Below are positions 13,661 through 28,425 of a stretch of DNA of 64,000 bases, piece by piece. The notes beneath the pieces were generated by a model that was given only the letters and a program-made list of their open reading frames with translations, searched no databases and was not told where the DNA came from. Origin of the DNA: the human T2T-CHM13v2.0 reference genome, Homo sapiens; the NCBI RefSeq assembly GCF_009914755.1, contig NC_060935.1. One strand, written 5' to 3'. Within the stretch, counting starts at the first letter, position 1; each line of letters starts with the position of its first letter. Both the position numbers and the translations under genes were made by a program.

Positions 13661-15239
13661 CAGTATATAAAATTTTGACATTCAGTGGGCAACTAGAAAT
13701 AAAAGAAATTTAGGAGAGAAGAATGTATGAGTGATAAAGATTTCATTTTCCTGAAAAATATGTAGTTTTTTTTTTTAAAAAAAACATAAGAATTATTTCA
13801 AAAAGAAGGAATAAACAAGTATGCCTGGGGCAGATATTGAGGAATAATCAGAAGAGTATGCTGTTGTCGAAATCAAATTCTAAGAGGAAAGTTGTGGTCA
13901 ATAGTGTCACGGAGTAAAAACTCAAACACAGGCAGGCCACCAAATTCAATACTGAAGTCACTTTAATCTTCCTTTCTTGTCTGAATGCTCTGTGCAGAGG
14001 TTCCCGTACCTGCCAACCAAAGCAGCCGCAGTAGGAATTGTATGAGAATGGGGAATTACTGAATTTTCCTTTCCAAAATTACTGATAGTAAGAAGAAAAG
14101 GGAAAAAAAGCATGAAAAATTATATATATTATTCCAAGCCATTAGAGGAAATTTTGATGTCATTTAGGCGTAATATTGCTTTGCTCTGTAAATGTGTGAT
14201 CTTTATTCGTTAGTCCTATAGCATCTTTTCAAGCCCAGTATCTTTTACTTTTATTCCCAAAGGATAGTTGTGGCTCTACCTATTGCCCATAAGTAGTTGC
14301 CAAAACAACCAGGAGCTCTGTCAACACAGGTCTTTCTGTTTCAGAAGTCAATTTAAGGCAGAAAGTCAATACCATAGTTTCTAAAGACAATTTTCATTGA
14401 ATTGCCCATTGCTGACGTTTTTCTTTTCAACCTCTTTTCATTCGGATCGATTTTTAAACTCTTTTTTATTTCAAAACTCTCGAAATGAAATAATTGCATT
14501 AAATTGGATGCAAACTTTTCTAAAACTGAAAGGAAAATAAATATGAAAAGTCAACTGAGAGTTCATTTAAAAGGATCATCAACCCACCGACAGAACTGAC
14601 ATTTCTCAGAGAAAACATGAGAATGTTTTAGGTGGTTCTTTAGGTGGTTCACCCTGACAAAAATTGAGGAAAAATATATATTGCTAATCCATTACCTTTG
14701 GATATCATTTCTGGAGTATGAATGAATGTTAAATATCGAAAAGTAAAACACATTTTAAATATTAAGGACATCTTGTAGAGAATTACTGAGAGAATAAATT
14801 TTTCCCTTATGTGCAGTGTTATCTAAATCAATCTCCAGGACTAAACTGTCATGTTTCTAAGCAAGGGATTCAGGAGATCTAAAATGACAGCTTTAATTTA
14901 ACATTGTGACAGAAGAGTTCATCTCAAAAAAACTGTAGACTTTTCTTGGGCCTACATTTTTCTATGCTGCCTTTCCAACTATTTGTTCTTTTAACATTTG
15001 AGATTGCAGGGCTAAGTTTTGTTTTAATACCTACTGAACAACGACAACAACAGAAAGCTTCCATGGTACTAAACCACATCAGATAAATGACTGAATATGC
15101 CTAATTATTAATATATAGCAATATCACCTCTGAAGTACATATTATCATTTTAAAGTTGCAAGAACTAAATTTTAGGGCACATTCTCAAAGAATATGACTA
15201 GATATTTTAATTTAAATATTTTAATGAAAGTAGTACTTG

Positions 15240-15365
15240 ACTCATTTTGTGTATTGAACAAATGTTTGAGTATATTCTGTGTGTCAGGCAACGTGATAGA
15301 TGCTTCTGATAAAATAAAAAAGAAGACCAGCAAGGCCCTTGCCCTAACAGAATTTAAACTCTAAT
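15240..15365 (-). mobile_element. L2 3'-end fragment
   Basis: aacaaatgtttgagtatattctgtgtgtcaggca...cccttgccctaacagaatttaaactcta. Confidence 0.7.
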
Positions 15366-17969
15366 CAATTATGAATTAAGAAATTTTCTGCAGGTTTCCA
15401 AAGTTATTTGGAATCGGTAGATAATAGTGAGAGAATGAATGAACATAGGTGTATATAAATATATATTCAGGTAATGAAGAGTCATTATTCCACCAATTTG
15501 AAAATATTATCTGTCTTTAGTATTTAGCTACAATCTACAATCTATTTACAGTTAGCTGGTGGACAAATATTTATGTAACCTCCCTCATAATGAAAAGGAA
15601 ACTGTACTAAGTGCTACAGGAACTATTAAAAGGAAGAAAGATGCAGCTCTCAGGGGACAGAAATAGATATTATATTATGCATGAATAATACAAGTAGTAG
15701 CTGTCAATAGAATTTAAAGGAGGAAGCTGTTGTTTTAGCTGGGATGATCAGAGCAGTTTTAAAAAAAGAAATAGGATTTGATGTGTCTCCTTAAGAATGG
15801 GTAGAATTTCAGTACTTGGAGAGAAAAACAATAGCTGTATGTGGATAAAAAGAAGGATAGAAAGGTATTATTTCCCCTAAAAGTTTTATATTTTGTGGAT
15901 GAGACAAAAATTAAACACAAATTTTTAACAGGAATTTTGTAAAATTACATGTTTCCTTGAGTATGTTTAAATTGAAATATGTTTTTAATTATCAGTTTAA
16001 ATAGCGTTAAGATGTATAATTTTTAAAGATTCTTAATATTGATATTATTAAATTAGATTGTTATATTATTTTTATAAATATGGCCAATGGAATTCAAATG
16101 CATTAGCAACTTGGTAATCACTTTTATGTATTTTTTTTAAATGGTCATGTTTAACAGTCAGAAATTATAAATTATTTTTCTCCATGAACTCAAATTTTCA
16201 CTTCACTTCCCGCTGCAGGATTTTAGATTAATGTAACGTATTTCATTCTTGAAATTCTTTTGTTGACATCCTACATTTTCATGGTTCTCAGTAATTCTTT
16301 AGAATTTACTTTGACCATTGGACTCCAAATCTTAATACTTCTGAATTATATAATCATTATGAGTACACAACTGATCAAAACTATATACATTTATATTTAA
16401 ATTGTGACAAATTAATAACAAAGTATTATTTGTATTGCATCTGTTAATGAGATAAATGAGGCTTATTTAGCTAATTTCAGTACCATGGATCAATATTAAC
16501 TATTGTTAAGAAAAGATATGTATCAGTGTTAATTCTATCCTTATTTTTTTATAAATGTGAGTGCTGAGAAAAATTATTTACACAAATAAGTAAATGAACA
16601 TAAAAAGTGTTTTAAAATAGCAATGCCACTTAACTTTTTGAAATCCTTCAGTGTTACATGTTAAAATTTGATAGAGATTTATCATCAAAAGTCATTTTTA
16701 GTAATCAATCAGATTACACTCAGGGCTCACACATGAGAATTGCGCTATAAAAAGACTCAAGATGTTGAGAGGTAATGCATTTCTTCTATAAAATATAAAA
16801 ACAATATTTGTAAGAGAAAGTTAATTGGGAATTGGGAAACGGTAAAGGAAAAATCTATATATCTATTATGGATTTGTTATCATATAGACTAATTTTAGGA
16901 AAAAATAACTGTCCACTGATGCTCTGAAAACCGATTTCCTTAAAGCTATTCGTGCCAATACATAAAGTCCTTGAAATGCCTTTCTGAACCCAAGCGAATG
17001 CCCATACTTGAGTTTGAAGCCCATAAGAAGAACATACTATGGAACCATATAGCCTTGGTATAGTGAGTCATTTCAAGAGAATGTTAGTGAAGGAAAAACC
17101 TGAAGTCTGGGGAACTGAGCAAATAAAGTTTGAATTAGGAGGAAGAGTAATTCTCAAGACAGCAGTGATTGCCTTGGAGGTCTAGTAGATGAGCAAGAAC
17201 CTTATGTACTGTAAGAAGGAATTGCAAGAAGTTTTGTGCCATCTGAAGTAGAGTGTGTAAGACAGAGGGCGTTGAATAATGAACCTAGAGAGCTGTTTGG
17301 AAACAAACGAAGTCAGCTTTGTAAGTTAGGCCATGAAATACAGACTTACCTGTGGACAGTGGTAAACTACGAAAATGTTTTTGACAGAGTTAGTTATTTT
17401 GTTTTTGTCTTTTTAAGACCTTCTTGGGGCAATAAGGAAAATATATCCCAGGGGAATATGTGATACCAGGAAGATCTTTTAGCAGGTGCTTGGGGTGAAA
17501 AAGAAAGAAATGATAGTTTCTTGAAATGAGCTGATGGCAAAGAAGATGGAAACAATTAAGTTTGAGGACTATGAAGGACATAAAATTGCCCAACATGAAA
17601 ATTAATAGTGGAGAGTGAGGAAAATGAATTTTTTTCTAGGTATTATTGAGAAGTCAAAATGAGACCAGATATGGAGCTTTGGATTTAAGTTGAATGAATA
17701 GTGACTCTCTTCCCTAAATATTTGGAAACATTTGAAATTTTTTAAGTAGTAAGAGTAATATGATAGAAATGGCATTTTATGAGCATTAACATTATTAGAA
17801 TATGCCATTACAATGGAAGAGTCTGGAGGAAGTGAGTATATCTTTAACTGAGACTAGCATGAACTATGCTGCATGCAAGGAATAAAAAGGACAGTTTTGA
17901 TTCAGTGGGTGTTACAAAATAAAGCATGAAATGATATGAACTCAAGACTTCAGGAATATATTTTTTTCT

Positions 17970-18480
17970 ATTTTAATTATGTGCTGGTCACTGCCTTTGC
18001 ACAGAGCAACGAACAAGACACCTCTGTAACCTAATGAAGCTTAAGGTCTGGTGGATAAGACAGCAATGAAATATATATGTGCATATATTTACAATGGCAA
18101 TGTGTCTTATGAGAGAAATATTAATACTAGTTGTCATGAGAACTGGTAACAAAAGGGCTTAAATCTTTTGGAGAAGTGAGAAGGGCAATTAAAGAAGTAA
18201 AAGAATGAGATATCTGGAGTGAGACATAGGCTCAAATATGCCTTAAGTCATAACAAAAATAGAAGGAGCTAGTATTACTAGACACATGGAAATTAGGAGC
18301 AGAGATTATTTTAAAGGAAAAAAAACTGGGTGATTTAGTTTTGTTCTGTATGAAGTGATATTAGTGGGTCAACATAGAAATATGCATTAGATAGTTGGAC
18401 ATGGAGGACTAGAGCTTAAAAATAGATGGAATGCGGGTGTCTTCCAAATAAAGAATGTCGTGCTAAACCAGGACATGCAA
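17970..18480 (-). mobile_element. L2 fragments
   Basis: tatgtgctggtcactg...gtgatttagttttg...atatgcattagatagttggacatggaggactagagctt. Confidence 0.5.
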
Positions 18481-18518
18481 ACATCAGAAAAAAATATAAA
18501 ACTTTTAATGTAAAGCAA

Positions 18519-18654
18519 TAGAAATTATTTAAAAATTATTTCTTAAATAGAAATTATCTCTTAAATAGAAATTTTTAAAGAAATATTTAAGAAATTATTT
18601 AAGAAATATTTAAGAAATATTAATTATTTAAGAAATTATTTAAGAAATAATTTT
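18519..18654. repeat. AT-rich degenerate minisatellite with terminal inverted repeat
   Basis: ~11-12 bp taagaaat(t)att units; aaaattatttcttaaata (18532-18549) is the exact reverse complement of 18637-18654. Confidence 0.85.
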
Positions 18655-19094
18655 CCAGTAAAATAGATACATTGTAGTAGAAAGCACATTTCTCATGAGT
18701 TAAGAAGTACTGTTAACTTTGTTTTATGTGTCCAAACATTGTATTTTTCCATTATTTTCAGGAAAGACATATTTACTCTCTTTAAATATCAGAAATATTG
18801 CAGTAAACAAACACATAAGGAATACTACAAGGAATAATTCATTTTTTTACAAAGTTTAAACTTTAAATCAGGAAATTAGATACATCTTGTGAAGCTTAAG
18901 ATATTGAGAAAGAAGAATTAGAAGGTAAAGTAAAAGACATCCTCTGGCCAACACGTATTAACTGACTGGACTTACCCTCCTGCCTAAAGCGATTTTTAAA
19001 AACTTTACGAATATAAGAACCAGTGATTTTCAGATACTGAAAATCAGGAAACTTGAAACAGTGAATCCTGAAAGAGGGAAAAGTCGAATTCTCG

Positions 19095-19575
19095 TACCTT
19101 GCTAGTGAGAGTTTAAAGTGATATAGTCACTTTGGAATCACGTTATCAATTTCTTACATAGTAAAATACATATACCTCCCAAACGATCCATCCATTCCAA
19201 TCATAAGTCTTCATTCAAGAAAAAATCTTTAAAATGCCCATATGAAGATTTGTTGAAAATTATTCATTATAACAAGTTTATTTGTAAAGGCCAAAAATTG
19301 GAAAACACCTAAAAGCTCATCAACAGGTGAATGGGTAAATAAATTGTATCCACACAACAGAATATTACTCAGCAATAAAGTTGATGCCCTCAAAACATAT
19401 ATGAATCTTAATAATTATCTGAGTAAAATAAACCAAGAAAAAGTGGACATATTGTTGGCTTTATTTATAAAAATTATTTTAAAATGTAGATGATATATAG
19501 TAACAGAAAGCAGATCAGTAGTTGACTGGGATTCGGGGAAGGTATAAGTAGGTAGAAACAGAAGGGCAAATTCTA
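19095..19575 (+). mobile_element. L1ME-like 3'-end fragment
   Basis: ccaaaaattggaaaacacctaaaagctcatcaacaggtgaatgggtaaataaattg...acagaaagcagatcagtagttg. Confidence 0.8.
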
Positions 19576-19597
19576 GGCAATTGTCAAGGTGTATGTT

Positions 19598-19775
19598 TTT
19601 GATGTGCTACTGACATTTTGGCAGGATAATTCTTTCTTATGCAGGTAAGAACTGCCGTAGGTTTGTCGTTTCTGGTTTTCTCCTACTAAACATCAATGTT
19701 GTCATTCACTTATAACTAAAATAAATATTTTTCTCTATATTTTCAAATGCCCCAAGAGATCGCCTATGAAGACCA
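19598..19775. mobile_element. MER20-like hAT-Charlie DNA transposon
   Basis: gctactgacattttggcaggataattcttt...ttcaaatgcccc. Confidence 0.6.
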
Positions 19776-20284
19776 ACAAGGATGTGAGGAGAAAGTACAG
19801 CCTAATTCACCTAAAAAAAATCTGTAGAATGCCCTTGGAATTCCTTGAAAAATTTGAAATGTTTTTTGCAAGAATTTGTTTAATAATTAGAAATAAACAT
19901 TTACTAAGAAAGCATTGATATTGCTTAGTTCCTTGGGATGTTCAATATAGTAGTAAATTTCTGACTGGAGCTGAGCCTGTCAAAAGTTGTATTCTAGTAT
20001 TCTAATCCTAGACGCAGCATTGTTTGATTAGCATTTTTTTTTCTGATTCCAGTTTCACAAAGTATAAACTCTTTTCCATGTCTGAATATTCTGCTAAAGT
20101 GCTAACACTTTCAAGAATGTGCTACCCTCTTTAAAATGTGCAACTTTTTTTTAAAATGTAGAATTTAAAATAGAATTGTGTTACAATATCAGATTATGTA
20201 TTTATCATGATCATAAAGTAAATGTGTTTTCTTCAAAATTATTTTTTGTTTTGAGGCATTTTTAAATTGATGCCTAAAACTTCA

Positions 20285-20444
20285 AAGCATGTTCTATTTA
20301 TGCTATTCAATACAATAACCCACTAGTGATTAGTAGCCATTGAGTACTGGAATAGTGGCTATTTTTACTGAGAACCTAAATATTTAGTTTCATTTAAATA
20401 ACTCAGTGTGGTTTGTGGCTACCATATTATACAGCGCAGTTCTA
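20285..20444. mobile_element. MER3-like hAT-Charlie DNA transposon
   Basis: gctattcaatacaataacccactag...gtggctaccatattatacagcgcagttctag. Confidence 0.7.
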
Positions 20445-20649
20445 GAGTGACTGGGAAGGTATAACATAACCATTGAGATTTACATGATCACTCTCTGTAT
20501 TAATTCTACTAAACCACTGACTCTATTTTTAAAATACCCTAGACACATTGAAATTAGGGGAATTGATAAAAGTTTGTATTTTGTATTTTATTCAGGGAGA
20601 AAGAGAAAGAAACAAGAAACAATGGCAGGAAAAAATGTGTAGATTGTCC

Positions 20650-20671
20650 TTTTTCTTTCTTTTTTTTCTTT

Positions 20672-20703
<32 letters not shown>

Positions 20704-20705
20704 TT
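20650..20705. repeat. T-rich / poly-T tract
   Basis: (T4-7C)n followed by a pure T run. Confidence 0.9.
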
Positions 20706-21046
20706 ACATTTTTCAACATACTCCACAAGTTGGCAAAAATTTCTAGAGAGACTTCTTCAATTGTTTAAGTGTCATGAATGAGCATTATATTGATGTGCCC
20801 TGGAAGAAATATTAGCTCAACAGGTGTTCACTACTGTAAGTTGATTCTTAACTAGTCCCAACCAGTATGGTGATTAATAATGTATAAATATTTGAAGTTA
20901 ATTCATCTTTTTGAAAAACAAGACCGTAATAATGCCTTTGTCACTCAGCAAAGACTGGAGTTAACATCCTCCAAAAGAGTCCGGTAGTACTGAATACGCC
21001 CGCTCCCTTGCTAACACCTGAAACCTATACTGTAATTGTCACTTAC

Positions 21047-21089
21047 TGGCTGCTACCTCATTGGTGAATTACTGATTTGTAGATTAGGA
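21047..21089 (-). other. Candidate 43-nt non-coding/poison exon
   Basis: Minus strand: tttcctcccctactcctgcag|tcctaatc...gcagcca|gtaagt; splice motifs only, no transcript evidence. Confidence 0.3.
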
Positions 21090-21115
21090 CTGCAGGAGTA
21101 GGGGAGGAAATTTCA

Positions 21116-21936
<821 letters not shown>

Positions 21937-23994
21937 GCTATGTAATGAGCATAGAGAATCTGAGACAGAATCAGTCATTTATAGCTATAAAGAAGGAAAA
22001 ATAGAACCATTTAATATATTATAGATTCCTTTGCATGATTTGTAATATTTGTTTGACTAAAAGTACCTATGGCATCTGAAATGAAAAATGCAAACTTATT
22101 TCTGATACTACAAATTAATTTATATTCTGTAAATAAGTATGTATGTGTAAAGACAGAATAATCAAGGAAATAATTTTATGCTTCCTCTATTCAGAAGCTC
22201 GTCTTATATAGTGAAATATTTTAAATAGCAGTTTTTAAACTAAAAGAAGATTATTGATTTTTCTGAATATAAAAATGATCCTTCTCACTAAAATGTGATC
22301 AAATAAAAAGTAAAACTATACCCTATACTGCAAAATTATAATATTATGATGATCATAGTGAATTTTTGAAGCTCTCTTTACTAATTTCTTTAACTGGGTT
22401 TGTAATTTTCCTCCATATTATAGCAGACAGATGCAGCTGTTGAAAGAAGACTTGGAGAACACATTGTGGCTTATCCAGCATAAGTGTGCTAAGTGTTCCT
22501 TGGACTCTATTAGTGATTTCCATATTCAGCATGTAACTTTGGGGAGTATCTTATGCTGCCTTTGAACGTAATCACAATTTTTTGAAGTGTGCTCAATTTA
22601 TAAAATTAAACAGCTGTTCCATCCAGGGGAATTGGGGATAAATGAGCACATGTTATCATTGGAAGTGGATGATATAGCCCTAGATATCATTTTCCTAAAG
22701 AGATGCAAACTTTCATTTTAAATCATGAATCCAGCAATCAAACAATTTCATTGATGATCTAGTTTGAAGGTATTCAGTATGAACATATTTGTGAAAGCTG
22801 GCAAATAGTTTTAAATATATTTATAGGTGATGAGTATAAAAAAAGAAGATGTCTAAGTTTCTAAGTATTATGGCTATGACTTCTTGGTCCCTTGAAATAT
22901 AACAGGAAAAGGTGTCTGTTTCTTTATGTTATAAGCATTGAAATTGAATTACATACTCAGAGTATTTTGGAATCTTGACCAAAGTTATTTATGCAGTTTT
23001 ACTATTGGGAACCTACAGATTCAATTGGTTGAAGTTGAAACTGTATACATTTGGATTAATTTGAGGTTGTTGGATTAGAATATGCAGTGTTTTTCCCCCA
23101 AACAAAACAAATAATAACCTATAGGAAATATGTTATAATATGTATATATTTACATAAAAATAGTTTAATCAATTGTTACCACTGGAGATTGGTAACCAAC
23201 TCATTTCACCTCAAAATTCACAACTTGTGGGTAACAACTGTAGTTAGTTTACTATTTTATTATCATAAATTAGCATTTACAGAGCATTTTGCTTTATTTT
23301 TTATTTGGAATATTTTGGAATAAACACAGGGCCATATGCAAGATAACCAAATATTCTGCTAGGAGTTATTTCTAAAAGTTAATGATTCAGCTTGAGAACG
23401 GAAATCATGCAGAAAAATGTATGCAAGAGAAAGTTAATAGTGTATGTTAGGAAGACAAATAATGCTTTTGAGTAAAGTAGAGTAGTCCCTTCTAAAAGTA
23501 GTAAATGTGTGGGTCAGGTTGGAAACTGGCTAATAAATACTTCACCTATTTGTTTCCCTTCTCATTACTGATCTGTGTTCTTCAGTTGATTTAGCCCCCC
23601 ACAGCTTCCTTTCGTTGCTCCAACACTGTGGTCAACTTTCATTGTCTTTTACTGGGCTTAAATTGTTTTTATTTAAAGCAACAAATATTTTTCTAAACCC
23701 TATGAAATAATACAGTGATATCAAACACTTCTAGCCCTTGCACTTTCTATGCATTATACATATATTTAATGTTTACATATTAAGTAAAAATATATTTAAT
23801 CTAGTTTCATTATAGTTTCTATAATGTATTATAACATCATTTCTAGAATTTAGACAATATGTGTTTTCCATAGGCCTCATTCTCTTGTGTTCAGTGCTAT
23901 ACACCAGCTTCTAGAATATTACTTGGTATATAGTAGGAAATCAGTATATATATTTATTAAATTAATGAATAAATTAATTTTTTTTTAGATAAGC

Positions 23995-24700
<706 letters not shown>

Positions 24701-24902
24701 TGTACCATTCCTAAAACCTTCTGGGATTTTTATTATTCTAAAAAATTCACTTTACCTTCTCGATATCTTTGATATTCTTTTTTCAGAACCCCATGTTGTG
24801 TTTTACTTTGATGTGGTCAATCTTTCTTTGATTTTTATATGGTTTCTTATATAGTTTCCTGATAAAGACTGCAAAGAGAGGCAAAACTTTTTATAAATTT
24901 TT

Positions 24903-25361
24903 TATTAGAGTAGGCAAGGCTACTGTGTAATAACACATCTCTAAGTCTTAAACATTAAAATGAAATTTAATTGTTTTAATTAATGAAATATTAGACTGCT
25001 GTAGTCTAACTCAAGAGGGGATTAGGGGACTTTAGGGCTCTGTTCCAGTCATTAGGAGACTTAAGCTCCCCCTATCTATGACACTGAAACCTTCAGCACA
25101 TCACCTCCAAAGCCACTACTGAGCGGGAAGAGAGGGTTTGGCTGATCACATAAGGACATTTTTATTTTGATTTTTTTTTAAATACGGATTTCATATTTAG
25201 ACAGAGAAGTGACATGTACATAATTGCCAGCACATTCTATTGGCCGGAAGTCAATCACCTAGCCTTACTCAACTGCAAGGAGAAATGGGAGATACAGATT
25301 TCCTATGTGCCTAGAGAAAAATGAATGTATTTACTGAATGCATAGTGTTATCTCTGCCACA
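24903..25361. mobile_element. LTR33-like ERVL LTR
   Basis: cacattctattggccggaagtcaatcacctagcc...aactgcaagg...ends in tctctgccaca. Confidence 0.55.
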
Positions 25362-25364
25362 TCA

Positions 25365-26400
25365 TGGATATCTGACAATGTCTTTATTCTTTCCTCACTT
25401 GAGTAATACTTTGACTATAGAATTTTAGTTCAGAAATCATTTTTCCACAGAATTTTGAAGATAATTTCATTTTCTCTGAAGAGACACAGTGTTTTTTTAT
25501 GTTTAAAACATAAAAACAAACTGATATAAAACAAAACTTTAATATAGTTATATCCAAATGATTTTTGTTCTATATTTGCGCTTTTTTGGGTCTTTCTTGG
25601 GAACTTTTACCTGTTAAAATGTGATGAAAATGCTATCCTGCAGTTTTTACTATTTACTTTATAATTTTCCCCTTATATTTAGGACTTTCATTCATTTGGA
25701 ATTTACCCTTATACATGGTGTAAGATTAGAATCCAATTTAACTTTTCTCCTATGGTGCTAGTTACATGAGTAACGTCTTCTAAACAACTTTCTTTTTTTG
25801 TTTAATCACTAATTTGTCATACCGCTTTATCATGAATGTCTGATCCTTGTATAAATCGTCTTCTCATCTGCTCGGTTAACTCATCCTTCAATTTTATTGA
25901 TCTCTTTGTTCTTGCCCCAATATTAGTCTTTTTCAAAATTTTAATTACTCTAGCTTTGTTACACATCCTTTTACTAAAAAAGAGAGCCCCACAACACTAT
26001 CTTAACTTTATGCTTTTTCTGCAGGATTGGGCAGGCTCTTGATCCTTTCATTTATAATACTTAACTAAAGTTAATTATTTTCTCAATAGTCACCAGTTTA
26101 TATTTAAATGTTGCTGTTTCTTTCTTGCTCAAATTATCTGATTACCTTTCTTTTTATTTAACTATATTAATGTGCTTATATCTTACCATATTTTCATTTC
26201 TTCTCAAGCTGTTTCCTTCTTCTAGCTTTTTGCTGATATTTTTAGGTGGTATTGAGATTGGGAAACATAAGATTCTAAAATTTCCTCTTCATTCCTGTTA
26301 TATATATTTCAGAGATCATATTTACCCCTTGAGTCTTCAAAATAATGTGCCATGCATGCTCTTAGTGTTGAGATATCTTAAATAATTATTTTATTATTAA
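25365..26400 (-). mobile_element. Ancient L1M fragments
   Basis: T-rich L1-antisense motifs, e.g. tttgactatagaattttagttcagaaatcatttttcc and ttcatttggaattta...tacatggtgtaaga. Confidence 0.5.
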
Positions 26401-27074
26401 TTTTATCTTTTAGCATTTATTATTAGGTGAGCTCTATCTGAATCCAGCTGTAGATACATAAAAGAAGAGAGTGAATTGTCTTTAGCTGTGTTTATTATGC
26501 ATGTTGGGTGAACTCCCTCAGATATACTGCTGACAAAAACGAATATGCACAGCTATTAATTCCCTTTCTAGTGTCTGATAAGTATACGTGTCTCCATTCT
26601 GTGAGTACTTAGACTCATGTAGGATCATCTTCTGTCCCATATCCTAATATCTGGTACTCTGAACCAATGGAGTATATAGCATAGTATCAACACAAACTAT
26701 GTGCTACCACCTTTCCTGTCTCTATCAGAACCAAGAACATTGCTTATGAGGACTTAAATCGGAGAATGTAATGAATTACTCCTAAATTTTCTCTCACCCC
26801 CAACAATCCCTGTTGTACTTCAACAATGTGAACTCTAGCTGCCGCCAACAGCCTTACATACACTGGTCTATATGATGGATGGTTAGGCAATGTAGCCTGC
26901 AGAGTCATTGCAATGTTTGCTTAGCTTCTTTCCACTCAAATTCTTTCCATCTTCCAAGTTATATGTTAAGATTAACATATAAGTGTGAGTTTTCACCTTT
27001 TTTTTTTTGGAATTTTCATGGATGTTTTCAGTGGAGATTTCAAAGAGGCTGCATTGATGTTTATTGTTAGAAAC

Positions 27075-27209
<135 letters not shown>

Positions 27210-28244
27210 TAAATGCTTTCTACTAGTTTTAGGAATAGATTTATACATGTTAATAGCATCTATTTGTGAAACTAGGATTAACGGAAAAAGAAATATGTGA
27301 AATTCAAAATTACCTGTGCTTATTTTTGATATTTACTCCTTGGCCTTCACAGCATTAATTCCATGCTATTTACATAAGATTTAGAAAGTTTAAAATTAGC
27401 TTTTATTTTGCTAGTAAGATACTGTAGTACTGGTAAAAGAAAAGAGCTGTAAGTTAAATGTAGTATTTGTTTTAAATTCCCATATTCCCATTGTAAGATA
27501 GAAATGACCATATTTAAAATCTTAGTATTATCAATAAGCAATTCATTATGTTCAAAATAGCCAATTTCTATGGAGTCAATGAATACGAAATTTGACATAT
27601 TCCCAATTAATTGAGCAATTAATAATTGCATGATTAGAGACTTAGCTTTCATCCATTCATGGTATAAACTATTCTACAGTTTTATTTCTATCCTGTTTCA
27701 AAATTATCTATTTCTTACAGTCCGTAGAGATTGTATATAAAACTACTACAAATATATCAGTATTTATTATTTTAAAAGTTGAATTATTCATGGTTCTCTT
27801 TCTTGTTTTATTTTTAATTGTTCATTATTTCTAAATTCCCACTTAACTTACTGTATAATATTGATCTATGTTGGGATAATATTTTATAGCTCTGATTTTC
27901 CCATTCCCCACAAAGTAGTTTAAACAGAGTATGCACGTTGCATGCATACTATTGAGTTTAAACTCAATAATAATTTATTTCAATGAGGATAAATAAATGG
28001 AAAGAAATTAAATTCCTGATGCTTTTCTTTGTAGTGCTAGTTTTGTCTGTCTATGGTTTTATTTATAATACTGATAAATTTTTAAATTTTTTTTTGGCTT
28101 TTGATTTGGAGTTGCACCTAAATATCTATGTACCTTTAAGCAAATCTCAAAATATTTATGAAATTCAATTACTCTTACTTGAAGTGATAAGGTTAAATAA
28201 GCTAATTTCTAGTCTCTAAAGTTTCTCCTACTTTTCTTTATGAA

Positions 28245-28425
28245 TAATAATCATCATCATAAGAACTACAATTTAATGAGTGTCAGTCATATACTAGGCA
28301 TTAGTACTTAAAACAGACCTATTCATTTAGTAGAAGAAGAAACTGAGGTTCAAAGAGTTAGAGCAGCCTGTCCAAGACAGCACATCCATGAGGTGGTGAA
28401 TTCAGAATTGTAACCTGGGCAGGCT
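28245..28425 (-). mobile_element. MIR SINE
   Basis: agaagaagaaactgaggttcaaagagtta...tgtccaagacagcaca...gaattgtaacctgggcag. Confidence 0.75.

Noticed and set aside
16700-16780. TATA-like gctataaaaag with upstream aatcaatcag
   Set aside because: No CpG island or downstream gene structure; the motif is common in AT-rich DNA.
22415-22565. Short exon-like frame (MQLLKEDLENTLWLIQHK...)
   Set aside because: No recognisable protein and no convincing donor site.
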